Source: Octopus bimaculoides (taxonomy: Eukaryota). From it: a stretch of DNA of 64,000 bases. The stretch spans positions 19,191,653 to 19,255,652 of the forward strand of contig NC_069003.1 of NCBI RefSeq assembly GCF_001194135.2, in the 5' to 3' direction. The first letter of the stretch is position 1, and every line of letters starts with the position of its first letter. This document shows, piece by piece, positions 38,666 through 52,330 of the stretch. Below the pieces are notes generated by a model, which made no database searches, was not told the DNA's origin, and saw nothing but the letters and a program-made list of their open reading frames with translations. Made by a program: the position numbers and the translations under genes.

Positions 38666-39698
38666 GTATATATATATATATATATTATTATTATACGATG
38701 AGTCTTCTATAGTTGCTTTCTCCCCATAACTTACAAAGCCTTTCGGGTTTGTTTACAAATATCATATGTAGTATTAGACAGTTTAAATATATGTTCATTA
38801 AATTTGGCTGAAATTGATGGGTGAGCATTTGGCCCAATCAGATGCACAAGGAGCTGAGTTAGTGTTGATTCATGGGTTCAATTCTGGCTGGGGTTAGCTC
38901 ATCATTTTCAGTTATTTGTTTGTATTCAAAAATAGTCACTTCAAATTAGAGAATAAAATATTATTATTATGATATATTATTATACAATCATATATACATA
39001 TATATCTATGACAAACTCTCCCATCGAAGACGGTGTATAAGTGTTCAGTTTTTTCCGAATGACCTGCACAAGTTATTTATTTGTAGTGGTCAAATGTATG
39101 TGCTGTACATGACCTCACCCTCTCCATCAAATTGACTTTGCATGAACAGGTGTACAACGTACCACACATCAGGTGTTGAAGTGTAGAGGTAGCTAGTTGT
39201 TAGACAAATGACATATTTACAAAACAGTCACTATGCCAATTTGTAAAAGACAGCTGGAAACAGTTGTTTAAATTAACCTTTCCCCAAGAATTCCTATACC
39301 CTGTAGATCAGTAACTTCCAAAGTTTTCCACACCATGGTACACTTAATACAGTACTAAAAATATTGTTGCATGATATCAGATTTTTTAAAAAGTTCTCTC
39401 TCTCTCTCTCTCTCTCTAGATATATATATATATACATATACACACTTACATACACCAACAAATGGACACCATTTATACCTCTCTTGCTCTTTAATGACCT
39501 TGAGAATGTGTTTTTAGCTCAGAATATCAGTATTAATTAATACCTCCTAAGGTAGCATTTCCATATTTTTCAATATTAATTTTAGATGGGTGCCAGCATT
39601 ACATATATAAGTACCTAATTCTTTCTTAGCTAGAAATGACAGAATCCCAAACTAAAGTAAAACAAAGCTGCTCATGGAAAATTAAGCAACAACAATAC

Positions 39699-39830
39699 CT
39701 TGTTCAACACAATGACTTGGATTGCATCTTGTAATACAGGGGTGGAATATTCACTCGGTACATTTGGTACCCTGATTTCAATAGATGATGGCGGTCGAGA
39801 TTCATGGCTTGAATGATGATCTTCATTCTG
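39699..39830 (-). CDS. MPDZ: Exon c: QNEDHHSSHESRPPSSIEIRVPNVPSEYSTPVLQDAIQVIVLNK (linker plus first strand of the PDZ9-equivalent)
   Basis: 132 nt, open in phase 0. Acceptor atatttccag, donor AAG|gtattg. It ends in IVLNK directly before GLAGLGF of the next exon. Confidence 0.88.
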
Positions 39831-41504
39831 CTGGAAATATATGAATACAAAACAGAAATGAGAGGAGTAAATAAATCATCTTTAGAATTTTAGATTTTAT
39901 TATTAAATTTAAAAATTATGATTTTACAATGAGCTGAAAATTTGGTATGTACAATTGAGGTAGTATTTAGTTAAAACAACTATCTTTGTGTGAGTATAGG
40001 TCCCAAGAAGTTGAATTGCATCTGGTGCTCTCATTGGCTGCTGCTGGAATGAATTTCTGTCTCTCTCTGATATTTATTTTTAAAAGAGTGTTGCAAAATG
40101 TGTCCTCTTGACAACAACATGGCTCCAATAGCAAAATTAGCAGCAAGGAAACCACAGACCAGCCCAGTAAGCCAACTTGCCCGGAGAAAAAGAAGTTGTG
40201 CACAGCTAGATGTCTTGTGGAATGTAGTTTTTCAGTGCCCGGCTTCACACTGACTGATCTCTACTTACTGCTTGCCTTTTATACTCATACACTAATCTTC
40301 CAAACAGTCATGTGCCTTTGTAACATTTTTTCAATGTTGCGTTGTTACTCAGCATCTAGTGTGACTTACACATCAAACTCCCACTTCCTTCTTTTGCCAA
40401 CAACATGCTAACTAGCATCACTATCATTACAAAGAACATGCTAAATGTTGTCACGATATGACAAAGCTGTGGCCGCTGGTGCTTCTTAACTGAGGTAATG
40501 TCCATTAATTGACCACCTCTCCTAAGACTGTATATGTCTGTATATACATATACATATAGTGCAGCTTACTGTCACAGTAGCTCGAACTTTATTCTGTCAT
40601 AACAATAGCAAATCTATAAGAGATGTTACCTCAAAACAAATACTACAGTGTGTATACATTAAGTATGAAACATAGAAGGTTATAATGACATAAAGGTTTG
40701 CTTGGTACATGTGTATTGGAGTCTGTGTGTTTCATCATCGATGGTGTGTCTACTGACTTCACTTATACTTGTCGCTAACCACAATGTTCAAAACATTTTC
40801 CCCAAGCATCATCCTGTTGTCATCCCTTCTCTATTAATACCCTGTCATTTGTTCATTACATCCTAATCCTTTCATCCATCCCCCATCAACCTCCAACACC
40901 TCTCACCCACCCTGGCTCTATTCTCTTTCAGTCACACCACTCCTGCTCATGCTACTTTGAATGTATAGAGATACCACAAGATGTAGAAGAACCTTTAGGC
41001 CTGTCATACACAGTAACTTCTCAAGGATAAAGAGGACCCTCAAGTGTTAATCCCATGATAAAATGAACCTAGTGAATTCTGCAAAGTGATTCATGATAGA
41101 GAGGGCATCCAGCTGTAGAAATTATGTCAAAATTGAAATGTATGAGTGAGATATGCTCCTAGGACCATTACAACCTGTCCAACTCATACCAGCATGTCAA
41201 GTGGACATTGAATAATGATGATGATGATGATGGTAAGGCAATAAATAAATATATTCTTTATTCGTTACATTAAATTGATTAACATAAAACTAATTATGTC
41301 AAATTATTAGTGGGTATCAAATCCTGGTATATGAAGTATACTTCATGTAATTTAGTGTCTAATTAACAATAATTATTGGGATGCTTTATCTCAAGTGATA
41401 ACAATAATTAGTTGATATAATTAGAGAATCTGGTTGAGGCTTGGTTGTTTTTAGTCACTAACATTTTTTAAGCAAATTAAACAGGATATGTTTAATAGGA
41501 ACAT

Positions 41505-41604
<100 letters not shown>

Positions 41605-41879
41605 AGGAAGGAGACGGAGAAAGCCAATTATTTAATTTTAAAATTAGCCTTTAGGATCTTGTTTTACTCTTATACAGTGAATTATTGGCTGAAAAGTGTC
41701 TGTGTGTATCTATCTATCTACCTATCTATACACACATATATACACAAACATATATATATATATGTATACATGCATCAATAAACATTTACGCATACATATA
41801 GAAACATTGAGAGAAACAGAAAAACCACCAGATCTTGAGGGAGAAAGGGGAGGAAAGTGAAAGAGAGAGAGAGAGAAAG

Positions 41880-41930
<51 letters not shown>

Positions 41931-42455
41931 GAGGGGGGGGAGAGAATGTGAAAAGACGGAAAAGACCAATATTATTGGTATAGGTCAAATTACCAGAATT
42001 GTTTGAAGAACTGGAGCAAGAGATTAGAGAAATCTATATTTCATCATTTATCAACTGTCTCATGTATCAGTGGCCTGTCTTTTGTTGTTACTGATTCTAC
42101 TGATTATATACACACTGCACATATATACACACAGGGTTACACATGCGTGGACGTGTGGATATGTGTAGGCATGTGTGTGCATGAATGGATGCATAAATGT
42201 ATATGCATGGATGGATGTGTATATCATCATTGTTTAACGTCTACCTTCCATGCTGGTATGGGTAGGACTATATATATATATGTATGTATGCATGTATGTG
42301 TGTATGCATTTATCTATGTATGTTTTTGTGTGTCCAAGTGCATATATGCGTATATACATGTGTAGGTATGTGTGTGCATGAATGGATGTGTATATCTATC
42401 TATCCTATATACCATCATGTATATATGTGTGTTTGTATGCTATCTTCCAGCATGT

Positions 42456-42524
<69 letters not shown>

Positions 42525-42804
42525 CAGGAACACATTATGTTACCAGTTCTTGTTGTTTAACCCTAGGTCAGTGCAGACCAAGCAGAGCTATCATTAAAGA
42601 TAAGATCTGGAATCCAATGAAAGTGGAATTGGTGTGTCGGCAGCAGACATTAATCCATAATAGTTTGAAGAGAACAAATACATTACAGAAAATTGATTTG
42701 GTGAGTGAAGAGAAACGTCCACCATTTCAGACATTTTTACAGAGACAGAAGAACTATAGAGGCAGATGCCATGGTCACAAAAGGCTAAACATATCAACCT
42801 TTAC

Positions 42805-43125
42805 CTCCTCTCCCTCTCCTTTCTACCACAATGGTATCAGCCTCTATATTCTGTCACCTCTTTCTACAACAATGATATCAACCATTATAATCTTTCTCCC
42901 TTTCTACCACTATGCTGTCCTTCCCTTTTCTACAACAATGGTATCAACCTCTAAATCCTGTCTCTCCCCTCTCTACTACAATCTCTACACTCTCCCTCTC
43001 CTTTCTACCACAACAGTATCAGCCTCTGTATTCTGCCCCTGTCTTTTTATTTTTACCACAACAGTGGTAGCAACCTCTCTATTCTGTCTCTCCCCTTTCT
43101 ACCATAGTGGTATCAACCTCAATAT
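42805..43125. repeat. Degenerate minisatellite, unit about 40 bp, about 8 copies
   Basis: tttctac(c/a)acaatggtatca(a/g)cctcta...ctgtctctccc recurs. Confidence 0.8.
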
Positions 43126-43487
43126 TCCATTTACACCACCACCATCACCACTTTCTGTAATCATGGTAATAGAGGACTACCCTGCACTACATAAGGAGTA
43201 TTTTCTTTCATCACTCTCTTGTCTTTCATGAATGAAAGATAAAAGTGACCTCAGCAGAATTCGAACTCAAAATCTAAAATGACCGAAGCACCAAACTGCT
43301 AGCTATTATGTCTACCACTCTCTCCCACAATCCACTGCTCTACTAATACTAATAAGGATTTGCATCAGTGACACAAAGATGCAAATTTAAGGTCTAGAAG
43401 TGTAGTTATCTAAACTGACCTCAGTACATAACTGCTACTTGTTTCATTGAATGTGGAAGGAGGACTTGAATTCAAAATATGAAAAGA

Positions 43488-43649
43488 AGGTGTAGGTGTG
43501 ACTGTGTGGTAAGACGATTGCTTCCTAACCACATGGCTCCAGGTTCAGTCCCACTGCATGGCACCTTGGGCAACTGTCTTCTACTATAGCCCCGGGCCAA
43601 CCAAAGCCTTGTGAGTGGATTTGGTAGATGGAAACTGGAAGAAGCCTGT

Positions 43650-43716
<67 letters not shown>

Positions 43717-43900
43717 ATGTCTTTGTATCTGTTTGACCCTCACCACTGTTTGACCACTGGTGTTGGTTTGTTTATGCTCCTGTAGCCTAGCAGTTCAGCA
43801 AAAGAGACCGATAGAATAAGTACCTGGCTTGAAAAGAGAAAAAAAGTGCTCCAGCATGGCTGCAGTCTAATGAGTGAAACAAATAAAAGATAAAAAAAGT
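43488..43900 (+). mobile_element. Family B SINE, full length, with an internal (TA)n(TG)n tract
   Basis: Head gtaggtgtgactgtgtggtaag...ggttcagtccc, body accttgggcaactgtcttctactatagcc, core gatagaataagtacc, tail gtgaaacaaataaaaga. Confidence 0.88.
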
Positions 43901-44199
43901 AACTAAATACAATGTATTTTGTTCCCTGCTTTCCTATCCTATGAGGATACTTCTAAGTTGTTGCTCAACTGCCCTTCCAGAAATGGCAACCAAATCTCTC
44001 TCAAACTCATCCTGTTGTCTTGAATTATATTAGATAAAGTAATTCTACACATCACTAAAAAGACAGGATGGCCACTGCTGGAATTCCTTTAAACAATGGT
44101 CTGTTCTATAAGTGCTGGCCTTGGTGTTGTTAAACAACACCAACTTAGTCTTGCTTCTCCTACCATGGCTACTGCAACTGATGATAATTTCTAATATAA

Positions 44200-44400
44200 A
44201 CAGAGATCCATGAATTTAGTAGAGAGATGTTAGTTGATGCTCATCAATACCAGCACAAGACCGTTACTTTATTTTATCGACCCCCAAAAAGATGAAAGGT
44301 ACAGTTGACCTCAGTGGAATTTGAACTCTGGACATAAAGAGCTGGAACTGAATACAACAAGGCATTTTGTCAGGTAATTTAACAATTGTGCCACTCAACT
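44200..44400 (-). mobile_element. Family A SINE
   Basis: gatgaaaggtacagttgacctcagtggaatttgaactc is the reverse complement of the family A head. Confidence 0.7.
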
Positions 44401-44809
44401 GCTTTTAAGGATTTCTGATTTAGGCAGAAGGTAAGAAATTTTAAGGGAGGGGGATTAGTTGATACCAATGGCATCTCTCTCTCTCCTTATTGTTAAGAGC
44501 CTCCTTAACTGAGTGAGGGTGTATTTGAAAGAGTGGGAGGTAGCTTTATACTAGGTATTGAAAGGCTAAAATATGATGAAGGAGCAGCAAAGGGGTCTTG
44601 ATATAGAGGTGAATGGGCCACCTCACATTATATAAGGATGGAAGTAGTTAGAAAAAAGAAAAAGATGGTGATGAGGTACCAAAGCATATTCTCAAGTTAC
44701 AAGAAGGTGAATCTGAGGGAGAATATAAGCAGTGGATCATGATGGAAGGAAAGAGTAGGAAATTTCATGAGAGTGTGGGAGGAGAGTCTGGCTCTCTGCT
44801 GGTTACAAT

Positions 44810-45095
44810 GAAGAGGGTCCCAACTGATTCAATCAACAGAACAGCCTGCTCATGAAATTAATGTACAAGTGGCTGAGCACTGCACAGACACATGTTCTCT
44901 TAATGTAGTTTTTAAGGGAGATTCAGTGTGACACAGAATGTGACAAGGCCAACCCTTTGACTTACAGATACAACTCATTTTTGCCAGCTGAGTGAACTGG
45001 AGCAATGTGAAATAAAGTCTCTTCCTGAAAGACACAATGCACCACTGGGTATTGAACTTACGATTGTGATCTGAATAATCTAAGCCATGCACCTT
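44810..45095 (-). mobile_element. Family D SINE with a different 3-prime part from the 36020 copy
   Basis: Shares gctgagt(g/t)aactggagcaatgtgaaat and the head ctaagccatgc with 36020-36292, but the distal sequence differs. Confidence 0.7.
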
Positions 45096-46101
45096 TGGGG
45101 ATGAGAGTGACAAATGGTTAGATGGGGGTACAGATGAATAAAGTAAGTGAACAAGGGTGGAGGTGTGGTTGACGGCAAATACCAGTATGAAGAGAGGGGG
45201 AAGGTGAGAGAGAAAGAGAGAGAGAATTGGCCCAGGAAGGAGGAGGTGACAAGTGACAGCACTGGAAGGGAGGAGAGCCGTAGTATCATAAATCTGTAGA
45301 TCAGTTAACTGAAATCAATACTGAACCAAATTTTGATTTTTAATATTGGTACCATTCCAAAAACATAACCTATTAAACTGGTTCTTATATATTCTCTTGA
45401 CCCTGGAAGGTGAGCTGACCGTACTAAGATTTGAACTAGGAGCACAAAGATATACAAGTAAATATCACATGTATTTTTGTCAATGCTCTATCAACCCTGC
45501 CAATTTACTATCCTGAAATACATCACCAGACACTTTCATTTCTTCTCTCTGAGGCTAAATAATAATTTAGCAAACTTATTGATTGAAAGCAAGCATCTGT
45601 TCTACCTCTGGCAACACAGCTTGTCATACAAGCAATGGTAGGGAGAACAAACCAAACAACAACAAAAAAAAAAAACCCTTGCATAAGTAATAACTAAGAG
45701 CAACTGTCGAGAAAATTCCAAAATATGGCATATCAATGAAATGCAAATATTCTATATGGAGAATTCTAAACACAAGAATTTCTGCTAAATCCGTGTTGGC
45801 TGAAGCTCAAATGACAGAGTGACCCGAAAATATGATGCCTTATTTTTCTTTATTCTTTTTTCTTTTCCAACATTGCAAAAGCCATGTGGTCAAAGAGTTA
45901 TGTATTGATCTTCTGTGATTTTTCTGATGTGATGTGCATTGCCTTTTTATCGGGTAATTGTACAATTTGTAAAACTTTCAATGCAGTTTCCAATGAATGG
46001 TGCCAAAAAAATCCATAAGTTAGCTGATGGCATTCACTTGACTTGTAATGAACAACAAACAACATAGCTACACAAAACCATACAGTATTATTATTATTAT
46101 A

Positions 46102-46139
<38 letters not shown>

Positions 46140-46142
<3 letters not shown>

Positions 46143-46555
46143 AGGCAGATTTGTTAGTACACTGGGAAAAATACTTAGCGACATTTCGTCCATCTTTACG
46201 CTCTGTGTTCAAATTCCACCAAGGTCAACTTTACCTTTCAGGGTCGATAAAGTACTGACCCTTTCCCCCAAAATTGCTGGCTTTGCACCAAAATTTGAAA
46301 CCATTATTATAATTGTTATTAAAGTGGGGAGTTGCATAATTGTTGGCATGCTGGACACAATGCTTAGTGGCATTTCATCTGTCTTTATGTTGTGAGTTCA
46401 AAATATGCCAAGATCGACTTTTTCATCCTTTCAGGATCGATGAAATAACTACCGGTTGAAGACTGGGATTGATGTAATTGTCTTATCCCCTCCTGCAAAA
46501 TTTCTGCCCTTGTGGCAAAATTTGAAACCAGCATTATTATTAGTAGTAGTAGTAT
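46140..46555 (+). mobile_element. Two tandem family A SINEs
   Basis: Each has gttcaaa...aaggtcaacttt / aagatcgacttt, a core and a gaaaccattattat-type tail. Confidence 0.75.
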
Positions 46556-47505
46556 TGTTGTTAGTATTATTTGGAGAATGATTAAGTACAAATGAAGGAA
46601 GAGTGCCATATTAATTTAATTTTATTACTCTAGATTCTGATATCAAATCTAGCCAAAATAAACTTTACTTTTCATTTCAACATAGTTGATGAGGCAATAA
46701 TCAGTACTATACAAAACTTCCGTTCACTAGACTATACTCCCACTGCTACAATATCTGATTATGTGTCTATTCTTTGGGGAAGTTCTTAAATGGAGGAAGT
46801 AAGCAATTCTGGAGAAGAGGCACATGCAAATGTGACACTGTTGGAACAGAACTGATGTAGGAGCCACTAAGTAGTTGCTCAAACTGTAGGAATTAGTAGC
46901 TAAATCTCCACCAAATCATACCCATGTAGGCCCTTAAGATCTGTGTATATGATGTAAAGCAGAAGTTAAAACCTATGAGCTGCAAAGACAAAAATCTTCA
47001 GTTATTTTCCACATCTTCCAGTCAACTCCTCCTTTACATAATCAGCTGGAAAATGTAGTCAAAAAATTATAATTACCTTTTGAACAAAAAAATCTATAAT
47101 TTTATGCCCATGTATATATATATACATATATATATATATATGTATATCACTGAGTAAATCTATTAGTGGGAAAAATTTGAAATATTTCACACTGAATCAT
47201 ACAGTAGATCATACCACCAAATGAACATGGTACCACCCCACCCTGCCCTGTCCAATTTTAGTACCCCAGGTGATCATCAAGTTTGCCTTGTACATAGCAC
47301 AGGCCCTGATGCAAAGTCAGCTCAAGCAGAGTGGACCACTCATGATTGTCAACAACAATTGTTAGTTCACTTCCCTGCAATGTTATATTTCTACAGCCAA
47401 CCTACCAGCTAAATAAATCTTCTTGTGCCTGGCATGGAATTTAAAATTGAAGAATCAACATTCGAGAAGAAAAATGGAGAAAAAAAGCCCCAAATAACCA
47501 CTTAC

Positions 47506-47575
47506 ATCTTCAACTGTTGTAGTGGGTAAAAGTTTCAAGGGCTTCACAGCCATATGGTCGAGATAGTTTTCATAC
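47506..47575 (-). CDS. MPDZ: Exon b: (R)YENYLDHMAVKPLKLLPTTTVED
   Basis: 70 nt. Acceptor cattttctag, donor GAT|gtaagt, phase 2 to 0, which is exactly what joins exons a and c. The MAV motif matches MPDZ NQMAV. Confidence 0.9.
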
Positions 47576-48721
47576 CTAGAAAATGTATGAAAAATAGATA
47601 TAAATTCATGACAAACTATGTTGAAATCAGTTTATTTTAAAATATTTTACATGGTAAAGGAGAAAAAAGAAAAAAGAAAAAAGAAAACAAAAATTGTTAC
47701 AACAAAAGAAATCTTTAAATTACAATAAAATCAAAAGGTGTATGAAGACCTAATGGCTGGAGTGTTAGCAGTATGACTGTCAGATCATTGATTCAAGCCT
47801 TGGACAAAGCAGTGTGTTGTGTCCTTGAGCAAAGGACCTCATTTCACATTTCTCCAGCTACACTCAGCTGAATTAAGTATTAGCGGTAACCTTGTGATAG
47901 GACACAGTTCAAGGTGTTTTACCCATGGAGTAAGGTGGGGACTTCAAAAGTAGGATCAACTATCATCTGACATTAAAAGACTATAATTCAAAATACCCAT
48001 GACATTAGCTCTCTCTCTTTCACACACACACAAATTCACCAAAATAAGGAAAAAAAACAACACATAAAAGTACAACATAATTAAGGGCTCACTAATGAAT
48101 CTCTACCATTTGCAGACTTTTAAATGGTTTGTTTAAATTGTTAGAAATTTTAAATACTTCTTTGAAGAAGAAGACCTGATGCTTTAATTGTAAAAAGTAC
48201 AGTGTTTATGAGAGAACATTTTTGTAAGAAAATATGTATTTTATTATAATAGGCAATTAAAAAAAATTGTCACTATTTTATCCCTTTATTCTAATCTTCT
48301 CCAATGTTATCTGAATTAACACAAAAAATATTTTTACTATAGTGTTTTATGGAGCTTTTTTGTAGCTCTATTCTTCCTCAAACTTTCATTCATTAGTTTT
48401 GAAATTTGAATACATTGTACCTCTTTTCATACATATAATGTTGCAATGCTAAACAGAAAAAAAAAGCTGAATGAATTTATCTCACAAATCAATTATTTAA
48501 CCTCAGTCATGAATGGAGCCTCTACATTAGGGATTGAATCAAATTGGGGTACACAAGAGAAATTGTGAGAGTATACAAGGTTTGTAAAAACACTGGAATT
48601 TTGAAGTAATCACAATCAATTAAACACAACTTGTGGGTCTTGAAAAATGCATGGAAAGCCTTTTGTTGTTCCTATCCATTTATCATTGTGAACAAAGGGG
48701 TTTCAACAATCTTTTATCATT

Positions 48722-49103
48722 TCTTTTAATCTCTTTTTGTTTCAGTCATTAAACTGCAGTCATGCTGGGACACCGCCTAGAAGAATTTTTATTTTTAGTT
48801 GAATGAATCAACTCCAGTAGTTCTTTTTAAGACTGGTACTTATTCTATCAATCTCTTAGGCTGAACTACTAAGTTATGGGAATGTAAACAAACCAACACT
48901 GGTTGTCAAGTGGTGGTGGGGGAAACACACACACATATAGGATGGGCTTTTTTCAGTTTCTCTTTACCAAATCCACTTACAAAGCTTTGGTCGGACTGAT
49001 GCTTATAGTAGAAGACATTTTCCAAGCTGTCACATAGTGGCAACTTGGAACAACCTGGAACCATGTGGTTGGGAAGCAAGCTTCTTACCACACAGCTACA
49101 TGT
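48722..49103 (-). mobile_element. Family B SINE, full length
   Basis: All modules are recognisable. Confidence 0.8.
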
Positions 49104-49914
49104 TTATAGCCAAAAATGAATTTCAGACAAGATTGCTAGTTGAGAATGTTTATATGGGTGAGACTCTCTGAAATTGTGCCTAGAACTGGGTAACTTGTTT
49201 GAAAATTCAACTCATTCATCACATTAAAAATGTAACATTAACTTAAATGAAACAGATTTCTTACAGAATTATGAAGCCAATAATTTTAGGAGAAGAAACA
49301 GTTGATTAAATTGACTGGTACTTTAATTTATTGATTCTGGACATATAGAAAGTAAAGTTGACCACAGCAGGATTTGAACTCTTTAATTAAATCAATAACA
49401 AATAATACATGTCTATCTTTGGTTTTATATTGTCCAACCATTCTATATAATATTCTTCATACAAGATACACTAATACTGCAGGATATGATGAAGGGTTAC
49501 AAGGAAGAAAAGGCTTGAGTGTTCTAGAGCTTCTTAATTTTTGCATTAGTCCCTTGTTTCAAGTATGAAAGCAATGACTTTGCTGTCACTTTTCAAGTCA
49601 CTTAATTTAATCACTCGACTGAGTACTTGTACTTCTTAAGAGTGAAGTAGAGTCTCCAATGTTTGCTTTCTTAAATGATAAAAAATTCACAAAGACGGTG
49701 AACAAATGTATAAATGTAATTTTCTTTTGAAAACATTGCAAGGTTTTAATGTGGAGAATGAGGCTACTTCAACTGAAAGTAGTCTTGTGCTGCCAAAATG
49801 ATTATTATTTTTAATGAGATTTTAAGTTACCAAACTAATACCATTAATTTCTGACAGTAAAAAGTATTAGCATGATGACTCACAAGATTCTAAAGAAATA
49901 ACATTTTGTAGAAT

Positions 49915-50360
49915 ACTGGTATGGCTGAGTGGTTAAGATGTTTGCTTTGCAACTACAAGGCTTTGAGTTCAGTCCCAGAGTGTCGCTCCTAGGGGGAAGT
50001 GTCTTTTACAACTGCTTTGAGATGATCAAAGTCTTGTGAGTAGATTCAGTAGACAGAAATTGAAACTTATTATATGCATCTGTGTGTGGGTGTGCTACCA
50101 TGTGTTGACATTGCATGGTAACTGTGATCAAATGTCACCATCATACAAATGGTGCGATTCACTTGCAATCTTCCATGAAAACATGTCTGACCATTGTATT
50201 ACCATGTTCAGTGGATGAGGGGAAAATATTACCTCACTTAGAAATAGGTGAGAGTTGTGGCAGGAAGAGCATCTGGCTATAAAAAACATGGCTCAACGAA
50301 TTTCATCTGAACCATATAAAGTTGGGAAAAGTGGACACTATGATGATGATGATGATGTAC
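49915..50360 (+). mobile_element. Family B-prime SINE, full length
   Basis: Head ggtatggctgagtggttaag...gagttcagtccc, then a body and the tail ggaaaagtggacactatgatgatgatg. Confidence 0.72.
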
Positions 50361-50384
50361 CATAACAAAATTAAAGTACAATTG

Positions 50385-50880
50385 TTGTTTAGTTCCAGGG
50401 CAACCTGATTGAATATGCTCATGATCATAGAAATTCCAGCCATGACCATCGCTGGCTGTTTTGAGTAGCTGTTATTGTTTAGCTTCAAGTCAGCTCTGTT
50501 CAAACAGACTGTTAAACAAAGATGTTCCAGCCATGACCATCCATCCCATCATATTTTTAGGCATAGTAAATAAATAACCAATGATATTAACAGGCTGTGA
50601 TATGAGGCAGATTTAGTTGCTATTTCAAGCTGGTCAAGTGACCATATGAAGTTACCCTTACCGGCTTCCAATTTTGTGATACTGTTGTTGTTTAGTCCTA
50701 GGTCAAACCTGACCAAACAGACCTCTTATCAAAAGCATTACAGTAATGACCACCCCATCTTATTTTCAAGCACAGTGCATCCAGAACAACATTGTTCAAC
50801 ATCTTCTGTCCTAGGGTAAAATTTGTGGTAGATTTGGCTGCTATTTCTAGCATGCTCAGTAACCACATAAAGTCTCTTGC
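50385..50880 (+). repeat. Tandem cluster of family F fragments
   Basis: gttgttgtttag..., ttccagccatgaccatc and gatttggctgctatttctag modules recur. Confidence 0.65.
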
Positions 50881-51505
50881 TCTCTCTCACTGTTTGTCTT
50901 TTCACCCCATAACCAACTCCTTCTTCACACTGTTAACTTGTGCCCTCCACCCCCACCCCACATGTCAGTGTGGTCATGTTACCTCTCAAGTAATCATATC
51001 ATTGTTGTGTGGTTTATACAAGTTGAAGTGTGAACCCAGATAATGAAGAACTGGAACAAAAGACTTATTTAGCCACTAATGGCTGCTGAATGTGTATGCA
51101 TGCATNNNNNNNNNNNNNNNNNNNNNNNNNNNNNNNNNNNNNNNNNNNNNNNNNNNNNNNNNNNNNNNNNNNNNNNNNNNNNNNNNNNNNNNNNNNNNNN
51201 NNNNNNNNNNNNNNNNNNNNNNNNNNNNNNNNNNNNNNNNNNNNNNNNNNNNNNNNNNNNNNNNNNNNNNNNNNNNNNNNNNNNNNNNNNNNNNNNNNNN
51301 NNNNNNNNNNNNNNNNNNNNNNNNNNNNNNNNNNNNNNNNNNNNNNNNNNNNNNNNNNNNNNNNNNNNNNNNNNNNNNNNNNNNNNNNNNNNNNNNNNNN
51401 NNNNNNNNNNNNNNNNNNNNNNNNNNNNNNNNNNNNNNNNNNNNNNNNNNNNNNNNNNNNNNNNNNNNNNNNNNNNNNNNNNNNNNNNNNNNNNNNNNNN
51501 NNNNN

Positions 51506-51537
<32 letters not shown>

Positions 51538-52017
51538 TTACTAAGTTGCTCTCAACACACACACAATTTGTCTTTCTCTTTCCTACATTCACACATGCTA
51601 TTTCTCTCTCTTTTTCTTTTTCTTTTTTTTTCAAACACAAACACACTTTCTGTCATACACACACTCTGTCTGTCTGTCTGTCTGTCTCCCTCTCAGATAT
51701 GGATACACACAAATCCAGTGTTAAATATGTGGGAATCTATCAAATATACAGAAATTGGTAGAGATGCAACGAAAGAAAGAAGGAAGAAAGAGAGACAGAG
51801 ACTAAAAGAGAGAGAAAGAGAGAGAGAGTGAGTGAAAATGATAAGTGTAGAGGGAAATAAACATAAAGAGAAAGAGAGAGAGAAGGGAAGACAGTGAGAG
51901 AGGGAGAAAAAGAGATGAAGAAGACTGAGAAAATAGAGATAAGAGCTGGGGTGGGGGAGAAAGACAGAGAAGGAGCATAGGAAGAGAGAAGAAGAAAGGG
52001 ATATACAAAGAAGGGGA

Positions 52018-52110
52018 GAGAGTGAAACAGGGAGAGAAGGAGGGACAGAGTGAAACAGGGAGAGAAGGAGGGACAGAGTGAAACAGGGAGAGAAGGAGGG
52101 ACAGAGTGAA
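52018..52110. repeat. 28-bp purine-rich minisatellite, about 3.3 copies (gagtgaaacagggagagaaggagggaca)
   Basis: Direct tandem units inside a GA-rich tract. Confidence 0.9.
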
Positions 52111-52330
52111 AGAGAAGTAAAAATAACAAGGGACATCTATGTGGAAGTCCAAGATTTGTTTTGGTAACAACAACAACAACAACAACAACCAAACTAACCA
52201 ACTTGAAACAGATCTATAAATCACAAACCACTTTTACTTTATCCCCCTCCTCCTCTCCATCCCCACCTTTTACTCTACTCAAAAGACACACTGAATAGAA
52301 TAATAGATCAATATTCTGTAGAATAACAAC

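Noticed and set aside
39967-40248. 93-aa minus-strand ORF with a hydrophobic stretch, just upstream of exon c
   Set aside because: No PDZ similarity, no convincing splice pair, and the MPDZ frame is complete without it.
42284-43231. 315-aa plus-strand ORF, the longest N-free ORF in the track
   Set aside because: It is built from TG/CA microsatellites, a family F fragment and the 40-bp minisatellite. It has no domain-like sequence.
52018-52110. CRISPR-like array (also 10149-10224 and 42805-43125)
   Set aside because: These are contiguous tandem units without unique spacers, in a eukaryotic intron, with no cas genes.
51065-52224. Long ORFs of 140-250 aa
   Set aside because: They run through N-gaps or GA/CT low-complexity tracts.
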